Part shown: piece after piece, positions 1 through 7,959 of the stretch | How positions within the stretch are numbered: position 1 is the first letter of the stretch | Layout of the letters: each line of letters opens with the position of its first letter | The notes under the pieces: generated by a model | The model's database searches: none | The model's input: only the letters and a program-made list of their open reading frames with translations | What the model was told of the DNA's origin: nothing | DNA from: Vicinamibacterales bacterium | GTDB taxonomy: Bacteria; Acidobacteriota; Vicinamibacteria; Vicinamibacterales; UBA2999 | DNA length: 64,000 nucleotides | Direction: 5' to 3' | Assembly (NCBI GenBank): GCA_050246635.1 | Contig: JBFWVR010000009.1 | Coordinates: 11,807 to 75,806 of the forward strand | Made by a program: the position numbers and the translations under genes

Positions 1-230
1 CGGCCGATGCGTTCGACACCGGCGCTCAGGCCGCGGATGGCCTCGAAGGTCGCGACGAGCAGGACGAGGGGCACGGCGGCGGTGACCGGGTTGGCGACGA
101 GGGCCAGAAGGGCGGTGAGCGTCAGCGCCCAGGCCGAGAGGCCGGCCACGAGAAGGACGGGACGCAAGGTGCCGCGGGCGGCGATCGTCTCCCGGAGGGT
201 GCGGTACTCGGTCCGGTCGTGGCCGTCCAT
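1..230 (-). CDS. hypothetical membrane protein, N-terminal part only (gene runs off the left edge)
   Basis: A reverse-strand ATG at 230-228 opens a frame that stays open to position 1 (MDGHDRTEYRTLRETIAARGTLRPVLLVAGLSAWALTLTALLALVANPVTAAVPLVLLVATFEAIRGL...). Third codon positions are G/C-rich and there are two hydrophobic helices. It is missing from the ORF track because it is truncated. No family recognised. Confidence 0.4.
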   Translation of the reverse strand, partial: MDGHDRTEYRTLRETIAARGTLRPVLLVAGLSAWALTLTALLALVANPVTAAVPLVLLVATFEAIRGLSAGVERIG

Positions 231-358
231 GGGGCAGAAAGTTTATCTCATTACCCCTAAATCCCGTTGCGCGTTAAAGATAGTCTGCTACAATGCCGAC
301 CTGTTTCAGGGGGGACACGGGTCCTCCAGGGCGGGTCTTCCACCTTCAGAGAGGGTAA

Positions 359-1408
359 ATGGCGAAGCACGGACGCTTCCCGGTGGTGACGCGGGTCCTC
401 GGGGCCCTGGTGGCAATCCTGACGCTTGGCGTCCCGATCCTGCCGTTCCAGGCTGCTCCGGAAGCCGCAGCCGCCACGGCCACGGCCGCCCAGAAGAAGA
501 AATCGTCCGCCGCCGCCGCCCGGGCGCGGCGGGCCCGCGCCGCTGCCGCGGCCCGCGCCCGCGCCCTGCGCGATGCGCAGACCCCGCGGTTCCGCGTGGA
601 CGAGACCGGGCGGGAAGTCCCGGATGTCCGCGCCGCGGCCGCCATCATCTACAACCCCGAGACCAACGAGGTGGTCTGGGAGTCGAACGCGATGGACCAG
701 CGTTCGATTGCCAGCATCACCAAGGTCATGACCGCGCTCGTGATTCTCGAGAGCGGGGCGGACCTGTCCGAGACGCACACCGTCGCGCGGAGTGACGTCT
801 CGCGCGCGTCCACGACCTACCTGCGCACCGGCTACAAGGTCACGGGAGAGGGCCTGCTGCACCTCATGCTGATCGGCTCCGACAACGCCGCGGCGCGCGC
901 CATCGCGCGCACGTCGCCCTACGGCGCGGCGGGCTTCATCGATCGCATGAACGCCAAGGCCGCGGAGCTCGGGCTCGAGAGCACGCACTACGCCGATCCC
1001 TCCGGCCTGCTGGCGGACAACGTCTCGTCGGCGTTCGACATGGCGCGGCTGATTGCCTACGCCGCGGCGGACGACCGGATTGGCAGCATCATGCGCACGC
1101 CGTCCGAGTCGGTGAACGTCGGTCGCCGGTCGGTGACCGTGCGCAGCACGAACCAGCTGGTGCGCAACGGCGACCTCGACGTGGTCGGTGGGAAGACGGG
1201 CTTCATCAGCCGGGCGGGTTACTGCCTCGCGACGCTGCTGCGCATCCCGGAGACCGGCCAGAAGCTGGCCGTCGTCGTGCTGGGCGCGCAGTCGAACGTG
1301 GGCCGCTTCTGGGAAGTGCGGCACCTCTTCAACTGGATGGCGACCCGCACCACCGCCGTGTTCGCCGGCGGCGCCGACGCCCAGCATCAGCAGCAGCAGC
1401 AGCAGTAG
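359..1408 (+). CDS. D-alanyl-D-alanine carboxypeptidase/endopeptidase (serine peptidase S11, low-MW penicillin-binding protein)
   Basis: 349-aa ORF with an N-terminal signal/anchor helix and the ordered motifs SxxK (SITK), SxN (SDN) and KTG. A GAGAGGG SD-like box precedes ATG 359. It also has an Ala/Arg-rich linker and a C-terminal poly-Gln tail. Confidence 0.85.
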   Translation: MAKHGRFPVVTRVLGALVAILTLGVPILPFQAAPEAAAATATAAQKKKSSAAAARARRARAAAAARARALRDAQTPRFRVDETGREVPDVRAAAAIIYNPETNEVVWESNAMDQRSIASITKVMTALVILESGADLSETHTVARSDVSRASTTYLRTGYKVTGEGLLHLMLIGSDNAAARAIARTSPYGAAGFIDRMNAKAAELGLESTHYADPSGLLADNVSSAFDMARLIAYAAADDRIGSIMRTPSESVNVGRRSVTVRSTNQLVRNGDLDVVGGKTGFISRAGYCLATLLRIPETGQKLAVVVLGAQSNVGRFWEVRHLFNWMATRTTAVFAGGADAQHQQQQQQ

Positions 1409-1433
1409 TGACGGGATGAGTAAGTAAGATGTA

Positions 1434-1544
1434 AGAAGGCAGAAGGCAGAAAAAAAAGGGGCGCTTGGCGTCCCTTTTCTCTTGTACCGCGGCGATGGCC
1501 CAGTCAGTCTTCTTCTGCCTTCTGCCTTCTGCCTTCTGCCTTCC
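1434..1544. repeat. inverted arrays of a 7-nt tandem repeat (AGAAGGC x2 / TTCTGCC x4) bracketing a terminator hairpin
   Basis: agaaggcagaaggcaga at 1434-1450 is the reverse complement of the ttctgcc units repeated four times at 1513-1540. The stretch is low-GC relative to its surroundings. Confidence 0.8.
1450..1480. terminator. bidirectional intrinsic terminator between convergent genes
   Basis: A8 run (1450-1457), 7-bp GC stem ggggcgc/gcgtccc (1458-1464 / 1468-1474, one G-U pair), 3-nt loop, then TTTTCT (1475-1480). This gives a U-tract on either strand. It sits between the PBP stop (1408) and the YbjQ stop (1555). Confidence 0.65.
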
Positions 1545-1554
1545 TCAGCGCCCG

Positions 1555-1872
1555 CTAGCCGAGCGTCACCGCGGTGCCGCTGGCGCTCACCATCAGCATC
1601 GAGCCCTGGCCGACGGTCTCGTAGTCGAGGTCGACGCCGATGACGGCGTTGGCGCCGAGCGCCTCGGCCTGTGCCACCATCTCCTCGAGCGCGATGTCCT
1701 TGGCCTTGCGCAGCTCCCGCTCGTAGGCAGCCGAGCGGCCGCCCACGATGTCGCGGATCCCGGCGAAGAGGTCCTTGAAGATGTTCGCGCCGAGGATTGC
1801 CTCGCCGCTGACGATGCCGTGGTACGTCGTGATGCGGCGGCCCTCGATGAGCGCCGTTGTCGTGATCAACAC
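1555..1872 (-). CDS. ybjQ: YbjQ family protein (UPF0145, putative heavy-metal-binding domain)
   Basis: The core [65 protein letters not shown]...VIGVDLDYE is the typical roughly 105-aa YbjQ pattern. I start at GTG 1872, because the track ORF extends to 1947 through the heptamer repeat. Confidence 0.8.
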   Translation of the reverse strand: MLITTTALIEGRRITTYHGIVSGEAILGANIFKDLFAGIRDIVGGRSAAYERELRKAKDIALEEMVAQAEALGANAVIGVDLDYETVGQGSMLMVSASGTAVTLG

Positions 1873-1943
1873 GGGCTGCTGCCTCCTCTCATCCGCGCCG
1901 GTGCTTCGCCGCGCGAATCGTCCATCGTCGATCGGCGATCGCC

Positions 1944-1992
1944 TCAATCGTCAATCGTCAATCGTCAATCTGCAATCTTCAATCTTCATTCG
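1944..1992. repeat. tandem heptamer array (TCAATCN) x7
   Basis: The units read tcaatcg tcaatcg tcaatcg tcaatct gcaatct tcaatct tcattcg. The array overlaps the last codons and stop of the fdhE-like gene. Confidence 0.9.
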
Positions 1993-2815
1993 AAAACCCT
2001 CTCTGCATGACCGCCGCGTCGAGGGGCAGGGTCGCGATGGCATCGAGGGCCGGGAGGGCGGGCCGTCCGGCGTACCGGCTGTCGACCGTCTTGATGTAGT
2101 GCTGGCAGGTCTGGCACGCCGCGACGCGATACGTGCCATCGGCGGTCGCGAGGCTGGTGATGCGCTCGCGGTCGGCCTCCCCGCAGAACGGGCAGGCGAT
2201 GGGATCGGTGGCCCAGCTGGTCTGGCAGCGGGCGCAGATGAGGCGGCGCTGCCCCTGCGGGGTGATCTGCGCCAGATCGGGCGCGGCCCCGCAGACCGGG
2301 CACGTGCGAGCCGTCCAGCCGTCGAAGCTCACGCGCTGCTGCAGCACCTCGGCCGCGCGCGCCAGGAACGGCCGGAGGGCCCAGGTCAGGACCTCACCCA
2401 GCATCTCGGCACCGGCCGTGTCGTCCGGTTCGCCACGGAACCATCGGGCCGCGCGCGCCGGCAGATCGGGTTCGCGCCCGAGGTCGTGCAGCCGCGCCGC
2501 CTCGCGGGCTTCGATGGCGTCGTGGCGCTTGAGGATGTCGGTGACCTGGCGGAAGACGAGGCGGGCCTCGGTCCAGTCGACCGGCAGCGCCTCGAAATCG
2601 ATCAGGGCGCGTCCCGCGGCCAGCCGGGCGCGCAGCTTCTCGTCGGGCAGGTCAATCCAGGTGGTCTGGACCCGGCCCCGGACGCGGCGTTCGGCGGCCA
2701 CGAGATCGGCCTGGAGCGCCGCGGGGCCGGCGAGTTGCTCGTTCTGCTCGGCCAGCGCATGGAGCTCGGCCAGCTCGCGCGGCATGCCTCGGGTGTTCCG
2801 GGGAGGGGAGGACAT
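1979..2815 (-). CDS. fdhE: FdhE-like protein (formate dehydrogenase accessory/maturation family)
   Basis: Four CxxC pairs occur in FdhE order (CPVCG...CARCQ...CPFCG...CQTCQHY) after a helical N-domain. I start at ATG 2815 (MSSPPRNTRG), because the upstream 30 codons of the track ORF translate the heptamer repeat. Confidence 0.7.
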   Translation of the reverse strand: MSSPPRNTRGMPRELAELHALAEQNEQLAGPAALQADLVAAERRVRGRVQTTWIDLPDEKLRARLAAGRALIDFEALPVDWTEARLVFRQVTDILKRHDAIEAREAARLHDLGREPDLPARAARWFRGEPDDTAGAEMLGEVLTWALRPFLARAAEVLQQRVSFDGWTARTCPVCGAAPDLAQITPQGQRRLICARCQTSWATDPIACPFCGEADRERITSLATADGTYRVAACQTCQHYIKTVDSRYAGRPALPALDAIATLPLDAAVMQRGFSNED

Positions 2816-2822
2816 GGAAATC

Positions 2823-2987
2823 GATCTTAGATCGAAGATTGGAGATTGAAGATCGATTGCAGATTGAAGATTGCAGATTGCAGATTGGCGCGCGTCCATC
2901 GCCAATCCTCAATCCTCACTTCTCAATACATCTCGAATCCTCAATCTGAAACCTGCCATCAATCTTCAATCTTCAATCTTCAATCTC
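2823..2987. repeat. inverted pair of degenerate heptamer arrays (GATTGNA x~9, then TCAATCN x~12)
   Basis: 2823-2888 reads gatctta gatcgaa gattgga gattgaa gatcgat tgcagat tgaagat tgcagat tgcagat. A 13-nt GC centre follows. 2902-2987 reads ccaatcc tcaatcc ... ttcaatc ttcaatc ttcaatc. This is a low-GC island in the fdhE leader. Confidence 0.85.
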
Positions 2988-2993
2988 AAATGA

Positions 2994-3030
2994 CACAGGC
3001 CCCGCCTCCCGGGAGGAGACGGGGCCTGTG
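2994..3030 (-). terminator. terminator-like hairpin downstream of the TonB-dependent receptor gene
   Basis: Perfect 11-bp stem cacaggccccg (2994-3004) / cggggcctgtg (3020-3030), beginning 7 nt after the stop at 3037. On the reverse strand it is followed by TCATTTG, which is only a weak U-tract. Confidence 0.45.
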
Positions 3031-3036
3031 CCGGGG

Positions 3037-5748
3037 CTAGAAGCGGTAGACGGCGCCGATGCGCCAGCGCCGCGGGTTGGTGAGGCCCGTCGGGGTGAAA
3101 TAGCTGGACCCCGAGCGGGTCGTGCGTGACGTCACGGCCGCGGTGTTGGTCACGTTGAACGCCTCGAGGGTCAGCCCGAGGCGGCCCGTGTCGCTGATGC
3201 GGAACTGCTTCTCGAGCTTGAAGTCGAGGCGCGGCTCGGCGTCGTAGCGCTGGCTGCCGCGGGGCTCGATGAACAGGTCCTTGCGGTTCTGCGGCAGCGA
3301 GACCCGCACGGTGCGCGTGAAGGCGTTCCCGGTGGTGTAGAAGAACGCCCCCGAGGCCTGGATGTCCCAGGGCAGCGTGTAGACCCCGAGCAGCTTGACC
3401 AGGTGCGTGTTGTCGCGGGCCAGCGTGCCGTCGCGGAACGGCTGGAACCGCGGGTCCTGGTTCGGGTCGTCAAACTCGGTGGTGTTGCCGAAACTGCCGG
3501 TGTTGTCGATGTTGCCCTTGATCTTCGAGATGACCCAGGACAGGTCGAACATCCAGCGGTTCGCGTACCGGCGCTTCAGGTTGATGTCCACGCCCTTGTA
3601 TTCCCGGTAGGCGATCGACGGGTTCGTGATCAGGTACCGGTTCTCGAGCGCGTCGTTGTCCTGCGCGTAGGTGGTGATCGTCGTGCCTGTCTCGTCACCC
3701 GTGCCGGGCACGCCGTCCGGGCCCGGATCCGACAGCGGTTCCTCCGTGAAGACGCCGTTCTGCAGGACGTCGTCGATGAACTGGTCGTTCTTCCGGTAGA
3801 TGCCGGTGACGCCGAACGCCCAGCCAGGCGCGATCTCGTGATCGAAGCCCGCGATGAACTGCCGCATGCGCGGGTGCTTGAGCCCCGAGTCGAGCGTCGC
3901 CGCGGCGCCCGGCCGCGTGACGTACGGCTCGTAGAGCGGCTCGAGGGTCACCGGATCGATGTCGGCGTACATCACCGGGGCGATGTTCGGGCCGATCGGG
4001 TCGTAGTAGGTGGACTTGGCCCCATCGTAGTACAGCCCGTAGTGCGCCTTGATGACCGTCTTGCCCTCGCCCGTGAGGTCGAAGGCGAAGCCGATCCGCG
4101 GCGCGACGGGGTTGGTCTTGAAGACCGTCTGGTCCAGGTCCTGGTTGTGCCCGCGGTGCATGTCCACACGCACGCCCGGGTTGATCGTCAGCCGCCGGTT
4201 CACCTGCCACGAGTCCTGCGCGTAGACGGCGGTCCGGGTGTTGACGTTGTCCTTCAGGTACCCCTCGTAGAAGTAGGCGCCATAGGGCACGCCCGCGTCC
4301 GCGAAGATGTACATGTCGCCGGGGTAGCCGTACTCGCTCTTGACGTAGCTGCGCTCGAACTCGACCCCGAACTTGAAGTTGTGGTCGCCGGCGAAGCCCG
4401 ACGCGTAGTGCGTGACGGCCGCATTGGCCTGCGAGCGGCGGCGGTCGGCGTTGTAGTAGTAGTACGAGTTGACCGAGTAGAAGTCCTCGCTCACGTCGTA
4501 CCACCCCGGCGTGTTGTCCCCGCCGTAGGGCGTCAGGTAGTAGTACCCCCAGAAGCCCGAGTACTTCACGTCGAACACCGTCGTCGACGAGAGGATCTTC
4601 GTGTAGTTGACGTTCCACGAGAGCTCGGGGGAGTCCTGGTGCACGGTCGCGATCGGCGACACCGTGGCCCCGGCGCCGCGGCCGTCCACCGTGTAGCTGT
4701 CGATCTCGAAGAACCCGGTCAGCTTGTCGCTCGTGCCGAGCTGCAGGGTGGGCTTGAAGAGGAACCGCGGCGAGCTCTCGAGGCGGGCGCTCGGCGCGCC
4801 CGAGACCTCCACCTTCGGGAAGCCGGCCGGGGCCGTCTTCGGGCGGTAGTACTGGAAGCTCGTGAAGAACCAGGCCTTGTCCCGCTTGATCGGCCCGCCA
4901 ATCTGGAAGGTCGAGTCGGTGATGTAGTCGGTCTTCCCGGGCGTCAGATCCGGGTTCTCGTCGAGCAGCTCCGGCGTCGTGTTGTCGCCGGTCAGCGCGT
5001 CGTTCTCGAAGATCGTCTCGAAGAGCCCCGAGAACACGTTGCTGCCCGAGCGGAAGAGGCTGTTCGAGGCCACCCCCGTGAAGCCGCCGTACTCGGCGTC
5101 GGCGCCGAGCCCGATGACCTGCACTTCCTGGATCCAGTTGTGGTTCGCGAACACCCAGATGGTGCCGCCCTCGGGATCACTGACGTCCACGCCGTCGATC
5201 ATGTAGGCGTTGGACGAGGAGCCGCCGCTCCCGTAGGCCGTGTAGTTGTTCGGGTTCACCCCCGGCGCCAGGAGCATGGCTCCCGGACCGAACCGGTTGG
5301 TGAAGGGCACCATCTCCATGACTTCCTGGGAGAGGTTCTTCTGTTCCGCCGACGAGGACGTGTCCACGATCGGCGCCTCACCCGTCACCGTCACGCTCTC
5401 CTGGAGCGTGCCGATGTCGAGCACCGGGTTGAGCGTGATGGTCTGGCCGAGCTCCAGCCGGACGTTCTCCTGCAGGTAGGTCTTGAAGCCCTGCAGTTCC
5501 ACCTGGACACGATAGGCGCCCGGTGCGAGCGACGGGAAACGGTACCCGCCGTCAGCGCCCGTGATGGCAACCCGCGGGCCGCCAATGAGCGCCGGACTCG
5601 TGACCGTCACCGTGGCGCCGGGGATCGCCCCGCCGCTGGTGTCGGTGACCACGCCAATCAGCACGGCCGTCTGCCCGAGCTGGGCATACGAGGCGGCCGG
5701 CAGGGCCACGAGCATCGCCGCGAGCAGAAGGTACACCCTTCTTCGCAT
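3037..5748 (-). CDS. TonB-dependent receptor with N-terminal carboxypeptidase-regulatory-like domain
   Basis: 903 aa. Signal peptide MRRRVYLLLAAMLVALPAASYA, then GVVTDTSGGAIPGATVTV...GGYRFPSLAPGAYRV (CarboxypepD_reg-like). A long Tyr/Gly/Asn-rich beta-barrel ends in the terminal aromatic ...IGAVYRF. GGAGGAGG SD before ATG 5748. The track ORF (to 7875) is an artefactual extension. Confidence 0.85.
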   Translation of the reverse strand: MRRRVYLLLAAMLVALPAASYAQLGQTAVLIGVVTDTSGGAIPGATVTVTSPALIGGPRVAITGADGGYRFPSLAPGAYRVQVELQGFKTYLQENVRLELGQTITLNPVLDIGTLQESVTVTGEAPIVDTSSSAEQKNLSQEVMEMVPFTNRFGPGAMLLAPGVNPNNYTAYGSGGSSSNAYMIDGVDVSDPEGGTIWVFANHNWIQEVQVIGLGADAEYGGFTGVASNSLFRSGSNVFSGLFETIFENDALTGDNTTPELLDENPDLTPGKTDYITDSTFQIGGPIKRDKAWFFTSFQYYRPKTAPAGFPKVEVSGAPSARLESSPRFLFKPTLQLGTSDKLTGFFEIDSYTVDGRGAGATVSPIATVHQDSPELSWNVNYTKILSSTTVFDVKYSGFWGYYYLTPYGGDNTPGWYDVSEDFYSVNSYYYYNADRRRSQANAAVTHYASGFAGDHNFKFGVEFERSYVKSEYGYPGDMYIFADAGVPYGAYFYEGYLKDNVNTRTAVYAQDSWQVNRRLTINPGVRVDMHRGHNQDLDQTVFKTNPVAPRIGFAFDLTGEGKTVIKAHYGLYYDGAKSTYYDPIGPNIAPVMYADIDPVTLEPLYEPYVTRPGAAATLDSGLKHPRMRQFIAGFDHEIAPGWAFGVTGIYRKNDQFIDDVLQNGVFTEEPLSDPGPDGVPGTGDETGTTITTYAQDNDALENRYLITNPSIAYREYKGVDINLKRRYANRWMFDLSWVISKIKGNIDNTGSFGNTTEFDDPNQDPRFQPFRDGTLARDNTHLVKLLGVYTLPWDIQASGAFFYTTGNAFTRTVRVSLPQNRKDLFIEPRGSQRYDAEPRLDFKLEKQFRISDTGRLGLTLEAFNVTNTAAVTSRTTRSGSSYFTPTGLTNPRRWRIGAVYRF

Positions 5749-5970
5749 GTGCAGCGTTCCTCCTCCTGAAGTCGACGAAGCAGGCGCGTACCGGTCGGGA
5801 ACCGGCAGCCCCGCCAAAACACAACACCGAACAGTCGTACGGCAGGGCTGCATTCTACGGCAGAACCGGCCCCAATCCACCAGCCGGGGTGAGGAATCGT
5901 GAAATGACCGTGCCGGCCGGCCGGGCTCGCCACGGCCGGGCCGGCCGGACCGCGCGTACAATGGTCGGCC

Positions 5971-7959
5971 ATGCCGCCCCGTGCCCGTACGCTGCGCCTG
6001 CTGGCGGCCCTGGCGGCCTGTGCCTGGCCCCTGGGAGCGCTGACCTATACGGCGACCCCACCCAACATCCTGCTGGTCACGATCGATACCCTCCGGGCCG
6101 ACCGCGTGGGGGCGTACGGGGACGAGGACGCGGTCACCCCCACGCTCGACGGGCTGGCGGCCCGCGGGGTCCGGTTCGCCGATGCGGTCGCCCACGTGCC
6201 GCTGACGTTTCCTTCCCACGTGTCCCTGCTGACCAGCCGCTACCCGGGCGCCTTCGGCATCCGGTTGAACGGCGCGCCCGTGCTGCCGGCCCAGGCGGTC
6301 ACCGTGGCCGAGCGCCTGAAGGCGGCCGGCTACCGGACGGGCGCCTTCGTCGGCGCAGCCGTGCTCGACGCCGGCTACGGGCTCGACCAGGGGTTCGACG
6401 TCTACGACGATGACTTCGCGGCGCCGGCGGGCGATCAGGTGGCGTTGGCGGAACTGCAGCGGCCGGCGGGCGCCGTTGTCGCGCCGGCCCTCCGCTGGAT
6501 CCAGCAGGGGAGCGGCCCATGGTTCGCGTGGGTGCACCTTTACGATCCGCACCTGCCGTACGACGCCCCGGCGGACTGGCAGCGCAAGGTGCCGGGCCGG
6601 CTCTATGACGCGGAGGTCGCCTACGCGGATGCCATGGTGGGCCGCCTGCTGCAGGCCGTGCGCCTCGACGACACGTTCGTCGTCGTCACGAGCGATCACG
6701 GCGAGGCGCTGGGCGATCACGGCGAGCGGGACCACGGCTACTTCATCTACGACAGCACCCTGCACGTCCCGATGATCGCCGCCGGAGGCGGCCTCACGCC
6801 CCGGGTCGTCGACGAACAGGTGCGGATCGTCGACGTCGCACCGACCCTCCTGGCCCTCGCCGGGGCCGGGGCGCTCGACACCCCCGACGGCGAGAGTCTC
6901 GTGCCGCTGATGCGTGGCCAGGCGCGCCGCGACGTCCCGCCGTCGCTGGCCGAGAGCTGGTACCCGCGCCTCCATTTCGGCTGGAGTGAGTTGCGTGGCG
7001 TCCGCGTGGGCGAGTTCCTGTACATCGCGGCGCCCAGGCCCGAGCTCTACGACCTGCGCGTCGACCCCGCGCAGCAGAAGAACATCGTCGACACGCGCGC
7101 GGTGGTGGCATCGCGGCTCGCGGCCGAGCTCGCCACGCTCACGCGCCGCGAGCAGGGCACCGCGCGCCCGCCGGCCGCCGCGCCAGACCCCGAGACCGTC
7201 CGCCGCCTGCAGGCGCTCGGGTACGTCGGGACGCTGGCGCCGGTCACCGGTACGCCCGGCGAGGACCCGAAGGATCACCTCGATGACTACCTGGCGTACC
7301 GCGACCTGCTGAACCGCGCGCTCGGCCAGCTCGAACGCGGACGCGCGACCGCCGCGATTCCGCTTTTCCGCAAGCTGCTGGACTTGAATGTCCGCGCCTT
7401 CGAGGCGCACCTCTATCTCGGCAACGCCTACGCGGCGGCCGGCCAGCCCGACGCGGCACTCGGCGAGTACGCCGCGGCCCTGCAGCTGAACCCCGACGTG
7501 ACGCTGCCGCGGTTCGAGACGGCGAAGGTGCTGGCGATGCAGGGGGACATCGATGCCGCCGTGCGCGCCGCGCGTGAAGGACTGGCCCGCGAGCCCCGTT
7601 CGTTCTACGGCTGGTACACCCTCGGCGTGATCTACCAGCGGGCCGGCCGGCTGCGGGAGGCGGCCACGGCGCTGGCCACGGCCGTCGACGCCAATCCGCG
7701 TGAGCCGCGCGCCCGGGCCAACCTCGCCGAAGCGGCGCTGAAGTCCGGTGATCTCGCGATGGCCCGGCGTCAGTTCGAGGCCATGATCTCGCTTGGCCAC
7801 CGGCCGGCGCCCGCGCATTTCAACCTCGGGCTCATGGACCTGCGCGCCGGCGATCGCGCCGGCGCCGAGCGGCACTTCCGCGCCGCGCTGGCGGCCGACC
7901 CCACCTTCACGCCGGCGGCCGACGCCCTGAAGCGCCTCGAACCGGGGGGGCGCCGGTGA
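5971..7959 (+). CDS. sulfatase-like hydrolase/transferase (alkaline-phosphatase superfamily) fused to C-terminal TPR repeats
   Basis: Signal peptide, then NILLVTIDTLRADRVGAYG and SDHGEALGDHGE (sulfatase-fold metal and active-site blocks). The nucleophile position reads T-F-P-S-H (Thr79, codon 6205-6207) instead of C/S-x-P-x-R. The C-terminal roughly 250 aa are TPR-like (AxxxYxxAL...P). Confidence 0.8.
   Translation: MPPRARTLRLLAALAACAWPLGALTYTATPPNILLVTIDTLRADRVGAYGDEDAVTPTLDGLAARGVRFADAVAHVPLTFPSHVSLLTSRYPGAFGIRLNGAPVLPAQAVTVAERLKAAGYRTGAFVGAAVLDAGYGLDQGFDVYDDDFAAPAGDQVALAELQRPAGAVVAPALRWIQQGSGPWFAWVHLYDPHLPYDAPADWQRKVPGRLYDAEVAYADAMVGRLLQAVRLDDTFVVVTSDHGEALGDHGERDHGYFIYDSTLHVPMIAAGGGLTPRVVDEQVRIVDVAPTLLALAGAGALDTPDGESLVPLMRGQARRDVPPSLAESWYPRLHFGWSELRGVRVGEFLYIAAPRPELYDLRVDPAQQKNIVDTRAVVASRLAAELATLTRREQGTARPPAAAPDPETVRRLQALGYVGTLAPVTGTPGEDPKDHLDDYLAYRDLLNRALGQLERGRATAAIPLFRKLLDLNVRAFEAHLYLGNAYAAAGQPDAALGEYAAALQLNPDVTLPRFETAKVLAMQGDIDAAVRAAREGLAREPRSFYGWYTLGVIYQRAGRLREAATALATAVDANPREPRARANLAEAALKSGDLAMARRQFEAMISLGHRPAPAHFNLGLMDLRAGDRAGAERHFRAALAADPTFTPAADALKRLEPGGRR

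Noticed and set aside
2823-2987. Possible CRISPR array (also considered for 1944-1992, 25573-25626 and 29536-29889)
   Set aside because: The repeat units are only 7-10 nt and directly abut one another with no unique spacers. No cas genes occur anywhere in the window. They are simple tandem repeats or inverted arrays.
3403-5769. 788-aa forward-strand ORF
   Set aside because: It is exactly antisense to the TonB-dependent receptor. Its composition is dominated by R, V, G, D and H, with no motifs and no start context.
5749-5970. Riboswitch (for example cobalamin or TPP) in the leader of the TonB-dependent receptor
   Set aside because: I could not find a B12 box, a TPP CUGAGA core or any other riboswitch signature I recognise on the reverse strand. 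The region is better treated as a plain divergent promoter spacer unless a covariance-model scan says otherwise.
3037-7875. 1612-aa reverse-strand ORF spanning the TonB receptor gene and running antisense through the first sulfatase-like gene
   Set aside because: Only the C-terminal 903 aa (from ATG 5748, with an SD and a signal peptide) look like a protein. The upstream 700 codons are Arg/Gly/Pro/Ala-rich antisense translation of the forward-strand sulfatase-like gene, an open-frame artefact of the high GC content.
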